Below the pieces are notes generated by a model that ran no database searches, was not told the origin of the DNA, and saw only the letters and a list, made by a program, of their open reading frames with translations. The position numbers were made by a program, and so were the translations under genes. From Cirrosporium novae-zelandiae (lineage: Eukaryota), in contig JAPETS010000012.1 of the NCBI GenBank assembly GCA_026023565.1, forward strand, positions 558,001-622,000: 64,000 nucleotides of DNA. The letters run 5' to 3'. This document shows, piece by piece, positions 1 to 12,908 of this stretch (the stretch's first letter is position 1; each line of letters opens with the position of its first letter).

Positions 1-240
1 TGGTGATTGTTCGGCAACGTAGATATAGGGCTGTGCACCAAACCCGGAATAGTAAATACGTGTGGGCGTTTCAAGCACCGAGGTTAATCCAAAGTCCAAG
101 AGAAAGCGATGAGTTTTGGCAAGGTCAGGATGCTGGTAGTGGACATGCGCCACATGATCGAGCTGGACTTTGTGGGAGAAGTTGTTGTTGTCATTGTTGT
201 GAATGTTGTTAGTAGACGAGTGCCCCGGGTCTGCATTCAT
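1..240 (-). CDS. VOC/glyoxalase-fold extradiol ring-cleavage dioxygenase (trihydroxytoluene oxygenase-like), 5' part only; runs off the window
   Basis: Manual translation from cacc-ATG at 240 gives MNADPGHSSTNNIHNNDNNNFSHKVQLDHVAHVHYQHPDLAKTHRFLLDFGLTSVLETPTRIYYSGFGAQPYIYVAEQSP, open to base 1. The AHVxYxHPDL...FLLDFG...IYYxGxG pattern is typical of this fungal family. Confidence 0.8.
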   Translation of the reverse strand, partial: MNADPGHSSTNNIHNNDNNNFSHKVQLDHVAHVHYQHPDLAKTHRFLLDFGLTSVLETPTRIYYSGFGAQPYIYVAEQSP

Positions 241-819
241 GGTGTCAGATTAAGGAGTACCTATGTGTGCAAACAAAGCAAACTGGGGGTTTAGTAAGTG
301 GTCTCTCAGAAGAAGGTCCAATTTCTGCTGTTATTTCTTCTTTGCTCCTTCATCATCTTCTTAATAGTGCCCTTTAATACCAATGTATTAATATTATCGC
401 CCCTGTGACCCTGAATAATGGTATGATTAGCTTGTCCGTATACTTGTATCCTCCGCCTCTGAGTTTCAAATAATCTACTCAGAACGGCATTCCACGGCCT
501 CCGATCTTCGCTAAAAGCCATCCCCCTCATTCTACTGAGGAGGATTCAGAGGTTCATATTAGATTGTATCACCAAGTGCGTCCAGGGAGATAAACTCTAA
601 AATTAAAGGGTTTTGAGACCCGTGGTACATAGGCCTAGAACGTATCGGTGATACAATGATACCGGGGACAAGCTTCCTAGATAGCAATAAAGCTTCAGTG
701 TATCTGGTTTGGACTGTGTATGAGGATTGCCCTACTTACATATCGTCTCATTGACCTGTATGCGCCTATTAATCACGACCCCTCCTATTATGGCTAGGCT
801 AACCTTGAATAGATTCAGA

Positions 820-1680
820 GATAATGGTCTGTATTGGCGAGCAGTGCTTGGCTGTACGTCGTTGGCTTATACATCTACCACCATACCTTCTTCCATTGGC
901 GAAATTTCCAGGCTCTAGATTTGCAGTTGTGTCAATATGATACAAATTCCACTTCGACGGCATCAAGAGGGGTCAGTATATATTAAAAATTAGGGAATTG
1001 CATGAATGATATGGCCTGATTATTCGAATCGCTCCTAATAAACTTCATGTCGACGATTCCAGGTTCATCCCGGAACTTTTTTTCGGTCGGTGGTAGGCGT
1101 CGAGATAAACATTGCAGAACTATACAGGTCTTTAGATTCACAGAAGCAGCAATTTCTATCGTTGAATATGATCTGCATCTTGTCCCGACGGGCGTCATGG
1201 GGGTCATAGCTCATATGATTTCAAAAGGGTTCCGTCCGACTCCTAAAGCCTATTGTGCAAAATAACTTGCGGAGATTTTTGGCCGGGGAGGTGAGTGGCA
1301 AGAGATGGGGAGGGGAGACCCCCGAAAATGCTACTTGTGTACAAGTGTATTTGAAAATGAAAATAATCGAAGCGGCAATTCCGTTTGGTTTATATCATGA
1401 AATTTAATTCCGGAATTTACTCGTTCAGAAAGTTCAAAAGATGTACGTAAGCCTGCAAGCTCTCAAGAAAGAATACAACAACCCACTTATCATAGTTTAG
1501 GAACTAATGATGATGATGCAGATTCACAGTGTCATTTAGCGATGTCGAGAAGGAAAACACAATAAGACAACCCTTGATAAGATTTTGGATGGCAAGTCGC
1601 CCGACCATGAAAAAGATGCCGGGACGTTCATTCGAAGATGCTCGGAAAATTGCTGTTACGGGTACGAAAACCACTGTCTG
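820..1680 (+). pseudogene. Cytochrome P450 pseudogene
   Basis: A TM anchor (SVLASSAWLYVVGLYIY) is followed by PLAKFPGSRFAVVSI*YKFHFDGIKRGQYILKIRELHE*YGLIIRIAPNKLHVDD...RRDK, with stops at 938-940 and 1007-1009 and frameshifts. An I-helix remnant VTGTKTT (canonical AGTETT) lies at about 1655-1676. Confidence 0.85.
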
Positions 1681-2027
1681 TTAGTATGACTCAACGTGTA
1701 GGAGCCGTGAAATAAAACAAAACTTATATTGCATATATAGGCGATTACTTATTATCGTCAATCATGTGAGCTATAAACCGCGATGCTAGATATTAAGTAT
1801 ACAACCTTCGAAGAACATCTGCTTGTACTGTATCCAACGGCTATAATCACTGAGGGGTCTCTGGATCGGAATGGATGGGAACCAGTAAATCGTCCAAATA
1901 CGTGTTGGCTTCAGAGGAGGTAATAAAGTCGAACGATGGAAAAAAATGAATAAATAAATAATTCCTCCTGGAGGTACGTTGATTCAACACCACACACAGA
2001 CATGAATGAATGAGTACCCCCCTTTAA

Positions 2028-2375
2028 TCAATCTTCAACCCGATAACATTCATCCCCCCTCGCTTGTCCAAGTTCCAAATCAGGAGCATTTGCCTCCATG
2101 TCCTCCTTCTTCTCGAAGGTTGCGACAGTATCTAGGTATAAAATGAGTATTGTTGTACTGTACAGTACCGAGAGAAACTCCCTATTCTTGTCTAATACTT
2201 TTAGGCAGGAATATACCAGTACAGTACAAACCACCAGTTTCATCGTGATCGTCCCCGAATAGGGGTGCCAGGGCTTAAATCCGAAGTCCGTCATTCCAAC
2301 CAAGCTCATTTTGAAACGACGGATAAGAGATGGGGGATAAGGGATATAATATAGAGATAAATGCACCACAATCAC
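2028..2375 (-). CDS. Possible small hypothetical membrane protein or gene remnant
   Basis: 115-aa ORF with hydrophobic stretches; no family recognised. Confidence 0.2.
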   Translation of the reverse strand: MIVVHLSLYYIPYPPSLIRRFKMSLVGMTDFGFKPWHPYSGTITMKLVVCTVLVYSCLKVLDKNREFLSVLYSTTILILYLDTVATFEKKEDMEANAPDLELGQARGDECYRVED

Positions 2376-3079
2376 AATCTATCCATATCATATGGCAAGA
2401 AATAAAGAAATAAAGAAATATTCCCCCCTTGGAAGAAGATAGCATAACTATAACTATAGCTACATGCAGTTATAAGAAAGAAAGGAGTACTCCAGAGTAG
2501 TAATTGTTAACATGGCTCATAACTTCCTATTGTAGAGCTTATATATCTAATTCTAACTACTAACTATATAACTACTTCTAACCATGTATATAACCTCCCC
2601 CCGGCCCCAAGAACAACGACATCAATATCTTCAATTATTATTATTTTTTTAGAAAAAAAAAGGACGACCTAACGATTCATACGATTCGATTCCATAGATA
2701 GGATAGGATATATATTTATAACCTCACCCTTTCTTTTTTTTTTTTTCTGGCTCTCTCCCATTAATCCTCTGAATAGAACAAGAATAAGAACAAGAACAAG
2801 AACAAGTAGGCATTTGTTATACGTACATGTACAAGTTATATCAGGCTCGTAAGAAAAAGTACTATGGTACTATAGGGACCTCTCATACAGTCAAAGTAAA
2901 GAAAAATACACAATACAAAAATCATTATTTTATCTTTATCTTGGTTAAAGTCTGGCATAGATATCTAACTCAACTCACTGGATCAACAAAGCGGCAGTAA
3001 TTAACCAAAAAAGGGAACTCCCCCTCCCTCCCCCTGTACACACCTGGTAAATCTTACGCGATGATGATGATTCGGCTAT

Positions 3080-3265
3080 TATTTTATCTCCCCTCCCTTA
3101 TCCCCTTATCGACAATCAACAAAAACAACAAAGCCAATTTCTGATAACAGCGCACGGGGGTTGAAGACCGCAAAACCCGCAAAAATCGCAAAAAAAAAAA
3201 AAACGCTTATCAAGATGTTACTTACTATTGTGTTAATCTCGGGTTTTATTCATCTGTTTATCGGC
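3080..3265. promoter_or_regulatory. Cluster of GATA (HGATAR) sites upstream of the MFS permease; putative AreA/Nit2 nitrogen control
   Basis: Several TTATC/GATAA motifs at about 3084, 3098, 3106, 3143, 3207 and 3258, all within 360 bp of the ATG. Confidence 0.4.
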
Positions 3266-3440
3266 CAAGTATTTTTTTTTTTCTTTGGGAGGTGTAATCA
3301 GTAAATCTGTATGTGTATATATACCTCTTTGACTATAGAATTTTAAATAATAATTCCTCTTCTTAAACTTTTTGGGGGGAATTTTAGACTTACGAGCTTC
3401 CTTTTTGTAGTCTCTGACATACTTTACCCTATCCCTCAAC

Positions 3441-5124
3441 ATGGCAGACTCCAAGCAGCCCCCCCCGGTTATCGCATCCTCGCCTCCGACTTACGATATT
3501 ACCAAAGAAGCCATCTGGTCCAAAAACGAAGCGGAGGCCGAATCCGGCAGTATTGACGCTCTCCCTTCTTCGGTGGTTGGGGAGCTAGATCCCCACAAGG
3601 AGCGAAAGCTGCTCATCAAGCTGGACCTGTTCTTCGTGCCCGTCATCATGCTGGTGTACCTGACTTGTTACCTGGACCGCTCGAACATCGGCAACGTGAA
3701 GGTGGCTGGGATGCCCGAGGACATCGGTGCATCCTCGACGCAGTTCTCCACCGCCGTGTCCATCTTCTACGCTACATATGTCTCCTTCGAGACGCCGGCC
3801 GCGCTTCTGATGAAGAAAATTGGCCCGCGGAATCTGCTCACCGTGCTGTCGACCGTGTGGTCGCTTACGACCATCTTCACGGGATTTATTGAGAATGTTG
3901 GCGGGCTTTATGCGACCAGGCTGATTTTGGGTGCATGTGAGGCCGGGTTATTTCCGAGTTTGAACCTTTACTTGACTATGGTCTATAAGCGGGAGGAGCA
4001 GGCAAAGAGGGTGTCTTACCTTTTTAGCTGTACGGCGCTTTCCGGTGCGTTCGGTGGTTTGCTTGCCTATGGACTCCTTCAGATGGATGGGGTTGGAGGC
4101 AAGGCCGGTTGGAGGTCAGTCCTTGTCTTATCTCGTTTCAGTTTTGAATTGGGGAGAGTAGGCTAAATTCTTTCTTCATTAGATGGGTATACATTATCGA
4201 AGGGATTTTGAGTGTTGTTGCCGGGTTAGCAGTTTGGTTCGGCCTTCCGAATGATCCTCTCAAAGCCTATTTTCTCAACGAAGAGGAAAAGGAGATGATG
4301 CAAATCCGCTATGCTCAGGGCAAGAGGTATATGGGAAGCGAGGAGTTCGACTGGAAAGAAGTCAAATGGGCATTCAAAGACCCAAAGCTTTATTTCAGGC
4401 ATGTATCCTCGGACCTTGTAACTCGAGGCAACATCTAACATGGATATCATATAGTGGTGCCGTCCAGTTCTGCCAAGACATCGTCTTGTATGGATTCAGT
4501 ACTTTCCTACCTTCTATTCTGAAGAGCATGGACTACGATACTCTCGAGAGCAATGCCCTAACAATCCCGGTGTATATATTTGGTGCATTGGTATTCTGGT
4601 GTACCGCCTTTGCTTCAGACCGTTTCTCCATTCGTGGACCCGTAAGCATAGACCTACCACTATCATGTTTTGTATGCTGATCGCTCTCGAAGTTTGTGTT
4701 TTTTGCCAATTTTTTCGGTATTGCTGGCTACGGGCTACTCATCGGTAATACCTCCGAGGCCGTCAAGTATTTCGCCACTTTCTTGATAGCAATCACCTGC
4801 TATATCGGTCCGGGTCTCAACCTGACTTGGCTCAATGTAAACGTAGCGCCTCACTATCGGCGCGCAGCTGCCATTGGCTTCCAGCAAACCATCGGAAACT
4901 GTGCTGGTATCGTTGCGGGCCAAATTTATCGAGAGAGTCCCTATAAGCTTGGGAATGGCTTCTCGTTGGGTGCCGTATGCGTATCGAATTTTTTTATCGT
5001 GGGACACGCCGTATACCTAATTCGATGGAACAGGTTCAAGGCAATGATTGCAAGTGGTGAGGCCGAAGATACAAGACTTAACAAGACTGGTGATAGGGAG
5101 TTGGACTTCAAGTATAATATTTAA
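3441..5124 (+). CDS. MFS transporter, anion:cation symporter (allantoate/nicotinate permease-like) family
   Basis: Motifs KLDLFF...LDRSNIGN, EAGLFP, GWRW and FKDPK. Introns at 4115-4182, 4399-4454 (GC-AG) and about 4642-4692 join the three ORFs. Confidence 0.93.
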
Positions 5125-6216
5125 TTAGCTTTGGTTTTGAATTTGTCCGAAACCTTCATCTGAAGACAAAAACATTTGATGGTTGGGCATGTCAGGGAAC
5201 CATGGTCTTCTCGATTTCGAGGTGGATGACCAAACTTTAACTGTTCAATGAAGGAGCTCTATTAACGACCGTGAAATCAATAGAACGCCTAAAGATCATC
5301 TCATGTGTTCACCCAGCGACAGTAGCTCTGTATGACGTCTTGATATTTTATCCCGACCTCGGGGTGAGGATGACAAGGGATGACGTGAGAGTGTATCGGG
5401 GGTAACGGGCAGCAGGGGAGCTCCGATTGTGATGATGTTATGGTTGTTGGGGGTTGGGAGAAATTGCCAACGTAGGTTCTGAGACTTACAGAGCAGAAGC
5501 AGGTGAAATTGAAATTAGAAATTTCCGACGAAATTCTACCAGTAGGTGATGAATCAAGAACGTGTTTGAATCAAGACACCAATTGATGTTTTAGGTCTGA
5601 TCCTGTTTGAAGGTCCGTTGGATGGGAATGATTGATAGTCACTGCGGTCTCAGATTCTCCGTTCTACCGATCGTGGACAAAAGACTCAGGCCATATCGTG
5701 CATATCTACATCTGTACATGACGACGGTGGACGTGTATTCGAGTACATTGTGGCTTCTGAGGAACTCGGGCGGATCGGGTGAATTGTACCAAGTAGCATC
5801 GGTCCATCGGTCCATCGGTCCATCGGAGGTCCGATATAAATCTGGTGGCCTGAGGCAAAGCTGATGTACTCGAGTACTGTACCCTGTACTCTGTACGCTG
5901 TACTCTGTACTGTACTCTGTACTTAGTAAGACGAGAACGGCGCTAAAAGCTGCTTGGCTTATTTAAGTTAAACCTGCAGTAAGTTTAAGTTTAATTAATT
6001 GCGGACCAGGCGGCCGAATATTGTGGGGTATCTCCCCGAGAGCCTCTAAAGTCCGCAGGCATTTAGGCATCTATCAACCAACTAAGCTGACTACTTTTTT
6101 TTATTGAAGTTTAGTATTTATATTTATATGTCTCCAGCTCTATTAGAATTATATCGACACCTCACCTAAACCATAGATTAATTTCCAAAAATATCATTCA
6201 CTTCATTACCGTGAAC

Positions 6217-7037
6217 ATGCATCTCATTCTCACAGGAGCGACAGGTTTGGTCGGGTCTGGCGTTCTGAATCATATGCTGTCCCTCCCAGCCGAGCAACTT
6301 TCTCGTCTGTCGATACTCAGTCGCAAGCCAGTTCCCATGGCTGAAGGTCACTCAAATGTCAATGTTATTCTGCACCAAGATTTCACTTCATATCCGCCGG
6401 AACTCCTGGAGAAGCTCAAAGGAGCGGAAGGCTGCGTCTGGGCGTTAGGCGTTTCAGCCACTGCAGTTAGCAAAGAGTATGCTTCGCTCAACTCTACCCG
6501 CGTGCGATGGCGATGATCGTCTGGAACTGATGGTTGTGTGTTGATAGAGAGTACGTTAAAATAACAACCGATTATCCCCTTGCCGCCGCCAGCGCCTTCG
6601 CTACCCTCTCGTCTCCATTCAAATTCGTTTACGTCTCGGGTGAAGGTGCAACAACCAGCCCCGGCCTCCTGACTCCGTACTTTGGCCACATCAAAGGCCA
6701 GTGTGAAGCAGCGCTCCTGTCTCTCATGAGTAAATATCCATCTCTGAGACCTTACTCCCTCCGTCCTGCTATGGTCGATTCATTTGGTGACCCCAAGGTT
6801 GCGGAGGTTGCCGGAGGACGGAGGAAGGGGATACTAAAGGTGGTGGAATATACGTTAAAACCAGCAATAAGAACGGTTTGGTCCAGTGGGGTAAGTCCGA
6901 CGCAAGATTTGGGCCGCGTATTAACGGATCTGGCGATGGGGGATGGGGAAAGGTTGGAGGGTTCCGGTATGTCAGGCGATGGTAGGACTTTGAGTAACAA
7001 AGCCATGAGACGAATTGCGGGCTTAGACAAATGTTGA
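6217..7037 (+). CDS. NAD(P)-binding Rossmann protein (epimerase/dehydratase-like atypical SDR)
   Basis: MHLILTGATGLVGSGVL, GCVWALG and FVYVSGEGA motifs; intron 6477-6547. Confidence 0.9.
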
Positions 7038-7684
7038 AACCTATGTTTTTGCCGTACGACTGAGCATGGGCAGAGTGTTTCAGGCGCTGTGATACAAAAA
7101 ACGACATGTAACATATCATTAATCCTTAATACAAGCATCTTCCCAATTACCTCTGTTAGATGTTTTATCAAAGGGGCAAACGGGGGAAAGCCCCACACCC
7201 ACACCATTAATCGCCGGGGGGGGGGGATGATTCGGAACCACAGACCTTATCAAACGAAAAAAAAAAAAGTCTACGATCCAATTAGATACATAATCACCAC
7301 TGCGTGTTTTTGGTTCTGGAATTCCGAAATCTAAATAATGTTGAGATAGACAAGATCCCTTTGGAAACAATTCGACGAGAAACACAGTCATCACATGAAT
7401 TATCAACATGGAGAAAAAGGAGATTGGATCAAGTTAGCGAGATATAAATGAGGCTTTTTTCAATTGAATGGGTTAGCCAACGTCCAGCCCTTTTCGGAAT
7501 TTGTTATAATTCTTCGCTTCCTTTAGCTATTTTAGAAAAAGGAGGGGAGGAGGAGGAGGACAAAAAAAATCACTGACCAACCGTGGCGGGTTGGATGAGG
7601 CGTCGAGAGGGCACTCGCATATATCCTTATAAGATAAGTTAGATAAGCCAAAAAAAATAAAAAATCTCGACATGTTAAGGATAT

Positions 7685-7766
7685 GTGTGTGTGTGTGTGT
7701 GTGTGGTGGTGGTTTTTTTAGTGTTCATGATTGTCGGAGAAAGTAGAGTGTGTGTGTGTGTGTGTG
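7685..7766. repeat. Two (TG)n microsatellites
   Basis: TG runs at about 7685-7704 and 7748-7766. Confidence 0.85.
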
Positions 7767-8608
7767 ACGAGTCCCCGGGAAGGGGACCTCGAATGATGAT
7801 AGGCGCTATAATTCCTGTGGGATCATGTCCCATGGAAACTTACATGTAATTTTTTTTTATTTCTTGTTGCGTTCGAAAAATCATCAGCTTATGGGTCCAT
7901 GTGATAGCTCAATCCTTGCACGCGTCGTTTTGAGTGGAAAATGTATAGCTGGGGTTTCCATGGGCGCCACACGGGCTGATTCTTTTTTACCACTTTACAC
8001 CCGGGGTTGACGGGGGGACGAAAAAGGACGAATGAGGGCTGGAAGTTTGAAAGAGGGTTTATTCTTTTCTTTTCTTTTGCTCTGGACTTTTTGTTTTGTT
8101 TTTGCTTTTGGGACTGGCCGACCGACCGGTTTGCTTAGACGCCTCCCCCCAATGATTCGGGGGATGAACCTTTAGAGTTCTTCGATTTGCTCTGTCTGTG
8201 AGCTTGAACATTGGTCTCGGTTGTTCCTGGCATAAGCACTACGTACTGCTACGTACCACCGTCCCAGGTGTCGACGCCTTTCATCTAAACTTCCTCAGCT
8301 ATGATAGGACCCTTTTGGATAAGGGAAAGGCTGGAAGGGTAGATGACAGTGTCATCGACGAATCGTGTGCAAATCGTGTCAGTACGACTCAGGCGGGCCC
8401 CTTGACAAAAAAAGACTACAAAGAGGCCTCGAAATCCCACAATCTCATCCGAACTACATCAGATCATTTTTCTACATCAAGCTTGCTCTTGAAGCCTCAC
8501 CATCATCAATTCTGCAAGTCAAACACTTTATTTACTTTTCCATATCAAATCAATCACTCAATCGCCTCTTCTTCAAAACCCCTCCGTAAAAAAAACAAAT
8601 CTTTCACA

Positions 8609-9049
8609 ATGGCCGCACAACGACGCAAGCTATCACTCACCTGCACTTTCCCCTCCTCCACGACCGAGGACTCTTTCGACTACGATGTCGAAGTTGCCGC
8701 CTCCGCCCTTTCGAATCTTGGCATTCCAATTCGAGAGATCTCGCGGTCTGAGGATGGCAAGAAGGTCGAATGGGAATCGCCCACCTCCGAAGCCGGTGAG
8801 AAGGGCTGGGAATGGAAGACTGCCGAAAAGGCTTTGAAGGACATGAAGTATGGAGATTGGATTGAGGGATACAAGGTTGAGGTAAATTAGCTCATTACTC
8901 TACTAGGTACCCTTTCATGCCAGTGACTCGAGATCCAAAAAAAAAATGAATTGTTTACTTCTTTGACATGAAGAGTTTGCTAACTATGTGCGGATCGACA
9001 GTGTACCAAGGAGAATTGCGAAGAATGTGCCATCGGCATCAAACACTAG
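8609..9049 (+). CDS. Small hypothetical protein (about 106 aa) with a C-terminal Cys/His motif
   Basis: acaATG at 8609. Exon 1 is MAAQRRKLSLTCTF...GYKVE. Intron 8882-9001 (GTAAAT...GCTAAC...ACAG). Exon 2 is CTKENCEECAIGIKH*. Confidence 0.7.
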
Positions 9050-10959
9050 GACTCTAAATGTCCTACTTGATTTAACCACTCTTTGGTACTGGTTAGCTGG
9101 TTAGGAGCGCAGAATCGACTCCAGGGATGGGCGTTTCGTGCGAATGGTTATGTAAGACTGGGATAGGCCCCTTTTGGCTGCTGGACACACATTGTGGGCT
9201 TCAGCCAGGCGCCGTGGCGAACAATTCTTTTTGATAATGACTGAATCTGTGTATTATGTATTCCGCCTGAGCATTGGCTCCGCGTTAGATGAACCTACTT
9301 TTCAATGAAACATATATGATGATGACAAGACATGTCCAAGTGTTAGTAAGCGATTGCATCGGCTGAGCTGTGGCAAAAGCATGTCATATTCCACTGTAGT
9401 TTTGGCTCCTCACATCTATTGCCCCAAGTGTAAATAAGACGACGTCAAGGGGTTACGCAACTGTTGAAGTTTGACGTTGGGGCGTTGCTGAGAAAAAGCT
9501 CAGAAGCTAAAGATAATAAAATAAGCATAATGGCTCGCACACAACCGTCGGGCGTCCTGTGCAAATCGCTTGGTGCTACAAAACCTTACATAGCACGACG
9601 GCTAACGGCGTCAACAGGGTCCGGCTTACCGGCCAATCGATATTTTACTGGCCGTATTACCCCACGTGTCGTGTCCCCCTCCCATATACTCGAGTATGCG
9701 CGTGGTATCAAGATTTCTCCCGTCATCCATCATTTTTCGACAATGATTAACCGTAGTAAGATTTGCAAAAATAAAAACTTATCTCAAAATGCGGGGTAGT
9801 ACTCATCAGCACCATGGCACGCGCGTAGGTTAGGTAGGGCTGGACCAATTGAATTTACAAAACGATGGGGGCTTGTTGATGGAGTTGCGGTTGTTGCGTC
9901 TACTCTGGCCCTTGGATCTGGTGGGGTTGTTGCTAGCGGGGTTGGTACTCGAGCAATGGGTTTGCTGATGCAGAAATTATGGCTGGAAAGACTGGCTGCG
10001 TATGTGGTGGCGGCGGCGGAGGCTTGGCGCTAGCGAGTGGAGTAAGATTGCATGTCATGCACATATATGCTTGATAGACGGTAGTTGAAATTGAGCTTGG
10101 ACTAGACGTTGCACCTGGCGTATTTCTAACTAGGAGTCTGCATAGCGGTAGGCAGGTGGACGCGTGGATGTTTGCTGTTGTCGCTGTAGGTTTTGTTGAG
10201 GGTGTGGAGCTGGAAGCAAGCAGGCGCCATGGAAGGGGACTATAGAAGTGGATTGTTGAGGTTGTTGAAATGAAGGTGGGCGGTTCCTGGAAATAGAACT
10301 TAATGTTCAAGGGGGTTACCAAACACGCTAGTGAATTTCACGGAGGACTGTTACGACATCCGAGTATGGATATCGATGGGAGAATCACTGGCCCTGATGT
10401 TTACATTGGGTGCAGAGATAAGTGCATGACCCTAGAGGAAAAGCTAGTTTTGTAGATGGTCGGGGACAACGGCGATGAGCTTGCGATTGGGCGTGATGTC
10501 GTGCTCTCCAAACAACGAAGGATGAATGATTAATTAGTTTAATTGATATTAGTCGATAATCTGGTAGCTGTGGCTCGGGATAGAAAGATTGAACGGAGGA
10601 GACATTCCGAGATATGAAGAGATGCTATGTCTGGGATACGAGGATGGAGGTAAGGATCCAATGCGGTAGTCGATCCTTGATCCTATCATCGCACGTAAAA
10701 CTAGTCTACTTGAGGCTAATAAAGTGGAGATAGATATCCAACATAATCCGAGGGAGCATGGATAGATCGACAACCGTTCACAAATTAGACAAGCATTTTC
10801 TACCTTGACAAGCTGATAAAAATCGGAACTGCAGAGTGGAAGTGCATCAAGTAAAGTAGAAATGAATATTGTCGATGCCCTCTTGAGAAATTCTAGAGAA
10901 TATTCTTGGCAGGGAATGACCTCTCAAAAAGAGCAGAGAACTTTTTATTTTGGTAGTAA

Positions 10960-11574
10960 TCAATTGCCAACTTGAAGGCATTCAAGAATAATCTTGGTCT
11001 GCTCCTCCTCTCCGTTGACATCGCCCATGTACATCAAATACCCTTCCCCAATTTTCTTGCCAGCAACTGCTGCTTGACCATTCTGAGACTGGTAGAGCCG
11101 TTCCCCAACTGGAATATTGGAGACCTGAAGAGCTTTTGCATTGTATGTCAAGGGTAGTTTCGTGTGAGATATTGAAGGCGGTAGGTAACATTCAGACCGC
11201 CGAGAAAAATATTCTCGATGATAATGCCCAGTTTTCCAAGAGATTCCGGAATTTCTGAACATGGCATCGAAGTCACTCGGTTTAGTAAATGACGGAAAAA
11301 GGAGCCCAATCACGACTAATCCACCATTTAGAAGGTAGTTTCGTACTCGGATGAAGAATTCAGGTTGTGCTTCCGATGCAAACCCTCCATCTACAACCAG
11401 AATTGCTTTGGGATTCTTCTGGTCAAGGTAACGAAGGAACCCTGGAGCGGTTCTCGCACGCTTTAGCCGAAAGTGCTGTAACAGCTTGTCGAACAAACGA
11501 CCATACATCTCATCCAACATGCCTCGATCGTCAAGAGAGATCAGCAGGATCTCCTCTGGGGCGTCGGTTGGCAT
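10960..11574 (-). CDS. Conserved fungal hypothetical protein, alpha/beta fold (possibly class I glutamine amidotransferase-like)
   Basis: Intact 204-aa ORF with ILLISL, PKAILVVD, GGLVV and GYLMYMGDVNGE, resembling a widespread fungal hypothetical family. Confidence 0.7.
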   Translation of the reverse strand: MPTDAPEEILLISLDDRGMLDEMYGRLFDKLLQHFRLKRARTAPGFLRYLDQKNPKAILVVDGGFASEAQPEFFIRVRNYLLNGGLVVIGLLFPSFTKPSDFDAMFRNSGISWKTGHYHREYFSRRSECYLPPSISHTKLPLTYNAKALQVSNIPVGERLYQSQNGQAAVAGKKIGEGYLMYMGDVNGEEEQTKIILECLQVGN

Positions 11575-11948
11575 AGTGGGTGACGATCTGCGAACTAGTA
11601 GTAGATGGCGAAGAAACGTTCGATGACGTTAACTTGACCCTAGTTTCATGGTAGGCTATTAGAGATGTAATTGTCCTGTGTAGGAACAAGACCTTGGGGG
11701 ACTCACCAGCGTCCAGCTGTTGTGGTGTGGGTCTTCTATACTCTTGGTGTTTTACTTAAAGCTTAAAATCAACCTTTGTTGGCTTCTGAGTTCTGTAGAA
11801 TTGCTTATACCAAAATCATATTTGTGTGTGTGTGCTCTAAAACATAAATCTCAATCCGAGTTTTCTCCGAAAGACTTGACGAGATAATTTGTTCTATTTG
11901 TAGCTAGGTGGTATTTCTTTATCCGACATACTCGATAGGTCACAACGT

Positions 11949-12908
11949 TTAATGGCCAGCAATTATTGACGCAATTAAGTCCTCAACCTCCTTCTCTGTC
12001 ATCTCTGGTATGCCTAATAGCTTGTTATCAAGCTTTTGAAAGTGTCCGCCATGCCCAGCTCCCCAGATAGCTCGTCTGATGTAATTATAAAATACTCCAT
12101 CATTTATATCCCCCTTTGCTAGTGCAGCGTCTGACTCTGCTGTTAATTTCGCTGTGTCGGCCTGTGTAACCTGCCACGCCTTCCCTGGTGTGAGCTTCTT
12201 CGAAATTTCAAGTAACTTGTTCTGCGAGGTAGCTATATCGTTGACATAGACGGCTCGGTTGACCGTCTCATCAGGATGCTCCAGAACACCCACCACGGCC
12301 TTCCCAACAGTAGAAAGACGACTGGCCGAGAATAACTGATCTCCTCCGTCATAAATTTCCGCTTTTTGAGCTGCGGGAGCAAGAACAAAGCCGACTCGGA
12401 GACCCCAATCGAGGAAGGCGCCATTAACAACGTAGGTGTAGGTAATTGAGGATGTGCGAGCCTTGTCCTCCAAATAGCGCTGTACTTGAACCTTTCCTCC
12501 AAAGACAGGCAATTTCTGGTTGCTTGGAAGTTTCGTGTCAGAACCAAATTCGGATGGAATGAAACGTTTCACATTCGCCGCTATAGCAGCATCGATAATG
12601 AGCTTTTGTCCTTCAAAAGCTGGTGTTCCAACAGTTGAGACTACGGCATCTTGACCCTGCAGTGCATTTTTGAGCGAGTCAAGGGAATTGTAGTCTACAA
12701 CAATTGATTTGACAGATGCTGGAATGGTTCCTGTGGACGAGGCCCGCTTGAGGACTGTGATATTGAATTTTCTAGAACTGATGAGCTCATTGAGAACTGC
12801 TGGTCCCAAGTTGCCAGTGGCCTGAGTATCAGATTGTCAGTATTAAACATAGTACTCATAAGGTTGCGAACATACTCCTGCAATAGCGACGTTTTTAATG
12901 ACAGTCAT
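11949..12908 (-). CDS. NmrA / isoflavone reductase-like oxidoreductase (CipA-like)
   Basis: MTVIKNVAIAG|ATGNLG (intron 12822-12875), VKRFIPSEFG and GAFLDW. Confidence 0.92.

Noticed and set aside
8198..8608. N-terminal extension of the 230-aa ORF
   Set aside because: It has a GTG start and UTR-like composition; the ATG at 8609 has much better context.
9464..10800. ORFs of 111 aa and 129 aa and a possible decayed minus-strand gene
   Set aside because: Non-ATG starts and no recognisable motifs; I cannot support a call.
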